In this document: one piece after another, positions 61,101 to 64,000 of the stretch
Layout of the letters: every line of letters begins with the position of its first letter
Position numbering within the stretch: position 1 is the stretch's first letter
NCBI GenBank assembly: GCA_002269645.1
Contig: NIVC01002156.1
Span: forward strand, 1-64,000
Direction of reading: 5' to 3'
From: Macrostomum lignano
Lineage: Eukaryota
Length of the DNA stretch: 64,000 bases
Translations under genes and position numbers: made by a program
The notes under the pieces: generated by a model
Seen by the model: only the letters and a program-made list of their open reading frames with translations
Databases searched by the model: none
Told to the model about the DNA's origin: nothing

Positions 61101-62910
61101 ACTAGCGCCCCTTGATGGCGCTCCCAGAATGGCGCCCCCTGATGGCGCTCCTTGACTGGCGCCCCTTGATGGCGCTCCCAGAATGGCGCCCCCTGATGGC
61201 GCTCCTTGACTGGCGCCCCTTGATGGCGCTCCCAGAATGGCGCCCCCTGATGGCGCTCCTTGACTGGCGCCCCTTGATGGCGCTCCCAGAATGGCGCCCC
61301 CTGATGGCGCTCCTTGACTGGCGCCCCTTGATGGCGCTCCCTGATTGGCGCCCCTCATTCAACATCATTTCAACCTTCATCGCAGCCTTCATTTACTGCC
61401 ATCCCTACCATCCTATACTCAACCCATTCCAGTCATTCCAACAGAAGTTCCCATTCAACAACAAGGAAGTGATAGCGATCTCCTGCAGCTGGTGCAAGGC
61501 CGCCTACCACAACAAGATCAACTGCTTCATGATGCATTTAATTGAAGAGTCCTGCAACTTCGGTTCGCACGCCTCCATCATACTGCCGCCGTCGTGGATA
61601 ATTAAAGTCCCCGGCAAAGCCAAGAGTCGTTTGTCGACCAGGCGTCGAAGCAGTCACGGAAAGACGTCGTTTAAGCGTCGAAAATCCAAGACCGGATTGC
61701 AGGTGCCGGCCAACGCTGCCGCCGCTGCTGCCGCTGCCGCCGCCGCCGCTGCCGCCGCTGTGGACTCGAAACAGGTCGTCGGCGGTGGCGGCGACGGTGG
61801 AAGTCCGCCTAATGGATCCCAGGGTGCCACCGCCGCAGCCGTTGCTGTTGTTGGCACCGTCAGCGCCTCCGCATCAGGTTTGTTGGTGGCCTGGGGTAGA
61901 GTGAGTGATTGAGTAGAGTGGGTGATTGAGTAGAGTGGGTGATTGAGTAGAGTGGGTGATTGAGTAGAGTAGGTGATTGAGTAGAGTGGCTGATTGAGTA
62001 GAGTGGGTGATTGAGTAGAGTGGATGATTGAGTAAAGTGAGTGATTGAGTAGAGTGAGTGATTGAGTAGGAGTGGCTGATTGAGTAGAGTGAGTGATTGA
62101 GTAGAGTGGGTGATTGAGTAGAGTGGGTGATTGAGTAGAGTGGGTGATTGAGTAGAGTGGGTGATTGAGTAGAGTGAGTGATTGAGTAGAGTGGGTGATT
62201 GAGTAGAGTGGGTGATTGAGTAGAGTGGGTGATTGAGTAGAGTGGGTGATTGAGTAGAGTGAGTGATTGAGTAGAGTGGGTGATTGAGTAAAGTGAGTGA
62301 TTGAGTAGAGTGAGTGATTGAGTAGGAGTGGGTGATTGAGTAGAGTGGGCAGGTAGGTACGATAGAGTGGTAGACTCTTCCAGGAGAAATAGATGATCAA
62401 GCATCAAACAGTCTGAATCGCTCATTCCTAGAATCCCACCTGCCCTCCCCCCCGACCTTGTGCAGCCGCCGCCTTAGCCCAGAGCGCCGCCCAGAGCACG
62501 CCGTTCATGATCAAACCGGTGCCGTCGCCACACGTCCGACCAGTGCTGGTGTTCATCAACCCAAGGTCCGGCGGCAATCAGGGCGCCAAGCTGATGCACA
62601 AATTCCTGTGGCTATTGAACCCGCGACAAGTGTTCGACATGGCCCAGCACGAGCCCTCGTTTGCCTTGGAACTGTTTCGCAAGGTGCCGAATCTGAGGAT
62701 ACTGGTTTGCGGAGGCGACGGCACCGCGGGCTGGGTGCTGTCTACCATAGACAGGCTGGGCATCAGTCCCTGTCCACCGGTTGCCATCCTGCCGCTGGGC
62801 ACCGGCAATGATCTGGCCAGAACGTTAAACTGGGGTGCCGGGTACACTGACGAGCCGTTGTCTAAGATTCTCTGCTGCGTTGAAGAGGGTCGGGTTGTGC
62901 AGCTGGACCG
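53911..62910 (+). CDS. DGKZ: Type IV diacylglycerol kinase (DGK zeta/iota, rdgA-like), 3'-partial
   Basis: join(53911-55115,58553-58685,58961-59044,59149-59223,60737-60808,60894-60959,61433-61877,62466-62910,...); all GT-AG and phase-compatible. Two atypical C1 domains, a MARCKS-like basic segment (SFKRRKSK), and the catalytic motifs [15 protein letters not shown] and PLGTGNDL. The gene continues past 64000. Confidence 0.92.
55235..55380. repeat. Degenerate ~20-bp array just downstream of the DGK first-exon donor
   Basis: agaatgaccaaacgcgtctt / gagtgaccgaccgtgtcttt / agaatgaccgatcgtgtattc. Confidence 0.55.
56896..57223 (-). mobile_element. Second copy of the 40591-40902 SINE (5'-truncated); a further fragment lies at ~56719-56785
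   Basis: Shared blocks gtgcaccctggcgcactttaagcga, ctgcccattccgccgactcccctgagcagg and ccccagattaatatcactgcac. Confidence 0.85.
58553..58685 (+). CDS. DGKZ: DGK first common exon
   Basis: catcag|G AAG TCT...WKNSVDWT|gtgaga, equivalent to human ..RSTVDWS; phase 2->0. Confidence 0.88.
58698..58895. repeat. 43-bp minisatellite, DGK intron 58686-58960
   Basis: Unit gacatacccttgctatgaccgatcatctaatgacctggatgat. Confidence 0.93.
58961..59044 (+). CDS. DGKZ: DGK exon (C1a start)
   Basis: ttgcag|[28 protein letters not shown]|gtgagt. Confidence 0.95.
59149..59223 (+). CDS. DGKZ: DGK exon (C1a)
   Basis: ttgcag|[25 protein letters not shown]|gtgaga. Confidence 0.95.
59255..59690. repeat. 11-13-bp purine-rich minisatellite, DGK intron
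   Basis: Units gagagggttgt / gagatggttga. Confidence 0.93.
60365..60670. repeat. 14-bp quasi-palindromic minisatellite, DGK intron
   Basis: Unit gggatttatcccct. Confidence 0.96.
60737..60808 (+). CDS. DGKZ: DGK exon (C1a end/linker)
   Basis: ccgcag|[24 protein letters not shown]|gtggga. Confidence 0.9.
60894..60959 (+). CDS. DGKZ: DGK exon (C1b start)
   Basis: ccacag|[22 protein letters not shown]|gtgagg. Confidence 0.95.
61045..61355. repeat. 54-bp higher-order minisatellite built from tggcgc subunits, DGK intron
   Basis: Direct reading; translated period of 18 aa in the ORF track. Confidence 0.95.
61433..61877 (+). CDS. DGKZ: DGK exon (C1b, MARCKS-like segment, Ala-rich insert)
   Basis: ttccag|[28 protein letters not shown]...[10 protein letters not shown]...; donor TCA G|gtttgt (phase 1) at 61878, or an earlier CAG|gtgccg (phase 0) at 61703. 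Confidence 0.85.
61897..62350. repeat. 17-bp minisatellite, DGK intron
   Basis: Unit gagtagagtgggtgatt. Confidence 0.96.
62466..62910 (+). CDS. DGKZ: DGK exon (catalytic domain, N-terminal part)
   Basis: PFMIKP...[12 protein letters not shown]...[13 protein letters not shown]...[16 protein letters not shown]...VVQLDR|gtaagc (phase 2); the acceptor position depends on which upstream donor is used. Confidence 0.93.
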
Positions 62911-62967
62911 GTAAGCGGGGCTGCGTCTGTTACTGCCGCTTGTCCTAGAAAATTTTCCATAATGTAC

Positions 62968-63930
62968 GACCTGAGAATCGCAGCTAATCTACCCATGAGA
63001 ATCGTGCCTAATCTACCCATGAGAATCGTGCCTAATCTACCCATTAGAATCGTGCCTAATCTACCCATGAGAATCGTGCCTAATCTACCCATGAGAATCG
63101 TGCCTAATCTACCCATGAGAATCGTGCCTAATCTACCCATTAGAATCGTGCCTAATCTACCCATTAGAATCGTGCCTAATCTACCCATTAGAATCGTGCC
63201 TAATCTACCCATGAGAATCGTGCCTAATCTACCCATTAGAATCGTGCCTAATCTACCCATTAGAATCGTGCCTAATCTACCCATGAGAATCGTGCCTAAT
63301 CTACCCATGAGAATCGTGCCTAATCTACCCATGAGAATCGTGCCTAATCTACCCATTAGAATCGTGCCTAATCTACCCATTAGAATCGTGCCTAATCTAC
63401 CCATTAGAATCGTGCCTAATCTACCCATTAGAATCGTGCCTAATCTACCCATTAGAATCGTGCCTAATCTACCCATTAGAATCGTGCCTAATCTACCCAT
63501 TAGAATCGTGCCTAATCTACCCATTAGAATCGTGCCTAATCTACCCATTAGAATCGTGCCTAATCTACCCATTAGAATCGTGCCTAATCTACCCATGAGA
63601 ATCGTGCCTAATCTACCCATGAGAATCGTGCCTAATCTACCCATGAGAATCGTGCCTAATCTACCCATTAGAATCGTGCCTAATCTACCCATTAGAATCG
63701 TGCCTAATCTACCCATTAGAATCGTGCCTAATCTACCCATTAGAATCGTGCCTAATCTACCCATTAGAATCGTGCCTAATCTACCCATTAGAATCGTGCC
63801 TAATCTACCCATGAGAATCGTGCCTAATCTACCCATTAGAATCGTGCATAATCTACCCATGAGAATCATGTCTAATCTACCCATGAGAATCGTGCCTAAT
63901 CTACCCATTAGAATCGTGCCTAATCTACGT
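62968..63930. repeat. 24-bp minisatellite, DGK intron
   Basis: Unit gagaatcgtgcctaatctacccat. Confidence 0.98.
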
Positions 63931-64000
63931 ATGAAATAGTGCCTAATATACTCAGAAGCTACATGTAGTTTATTAAAAGATTTGTATTATATTCTTTGTT

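Noticed and set aside
62862-63939. 348-aa and 325-aa ORFs
   Set aside because: 24-bp array inside a DGK intron

Overview
Eukaryotic genomic DNA, animal and probably an invertebrate (the taxon cannot be fixed from sequence alone). It has GT-AG introns, AT-rich introns and intergenic DNA, and GC-richer exons. No prokaryotic features, CRISPR arrays or rRNA were seen. Genes: (1) an intronless B-box-like/coiled-coil/partial beta-propeller (TRIM-like) ORF at 2568-3629. (2) A complete 14-exon ASAP-family ArfGAP gene (BAR-PH-ArfGAP-ankyrin-Pro-rich-SH3; 6384-26061, +, 1273 aa by hand assembly), including a 30-nt microexon. (3) An uncharacterised two-exon gene of about 877 aa nested antisense inside ASAP intron 5 (15539->12698). 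(4) The 5' part of a type IV diacylglycerol kinase (DGK-zeta/iota, rdgA-like; to 62910, continuing past the window) with at least two phase-compatible candidate first exons. Mobile DNA: two MITE-like elements (one with its empty site preserved in an adjacent duplicate), two tRNA-derived SINE families (one copy with a 14-bp TSD), a decayed RNase H-bearing non-LTR element and a heavily decayed Ty3/Gypsy fragment. The most striking structure is about 25 different micro- and minisatellite arrays. Most longer introns carry their own array, often starting or ending within tens of nt of the splice sites, and several arrays share core motifs. Nearly all long ORFs in the supplied track that are not listed as genes are artefacts of these arrays. 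All exon coordinates and alignments were worked out by hand, and family comparisons are from memory of known proteins, not from a database search.
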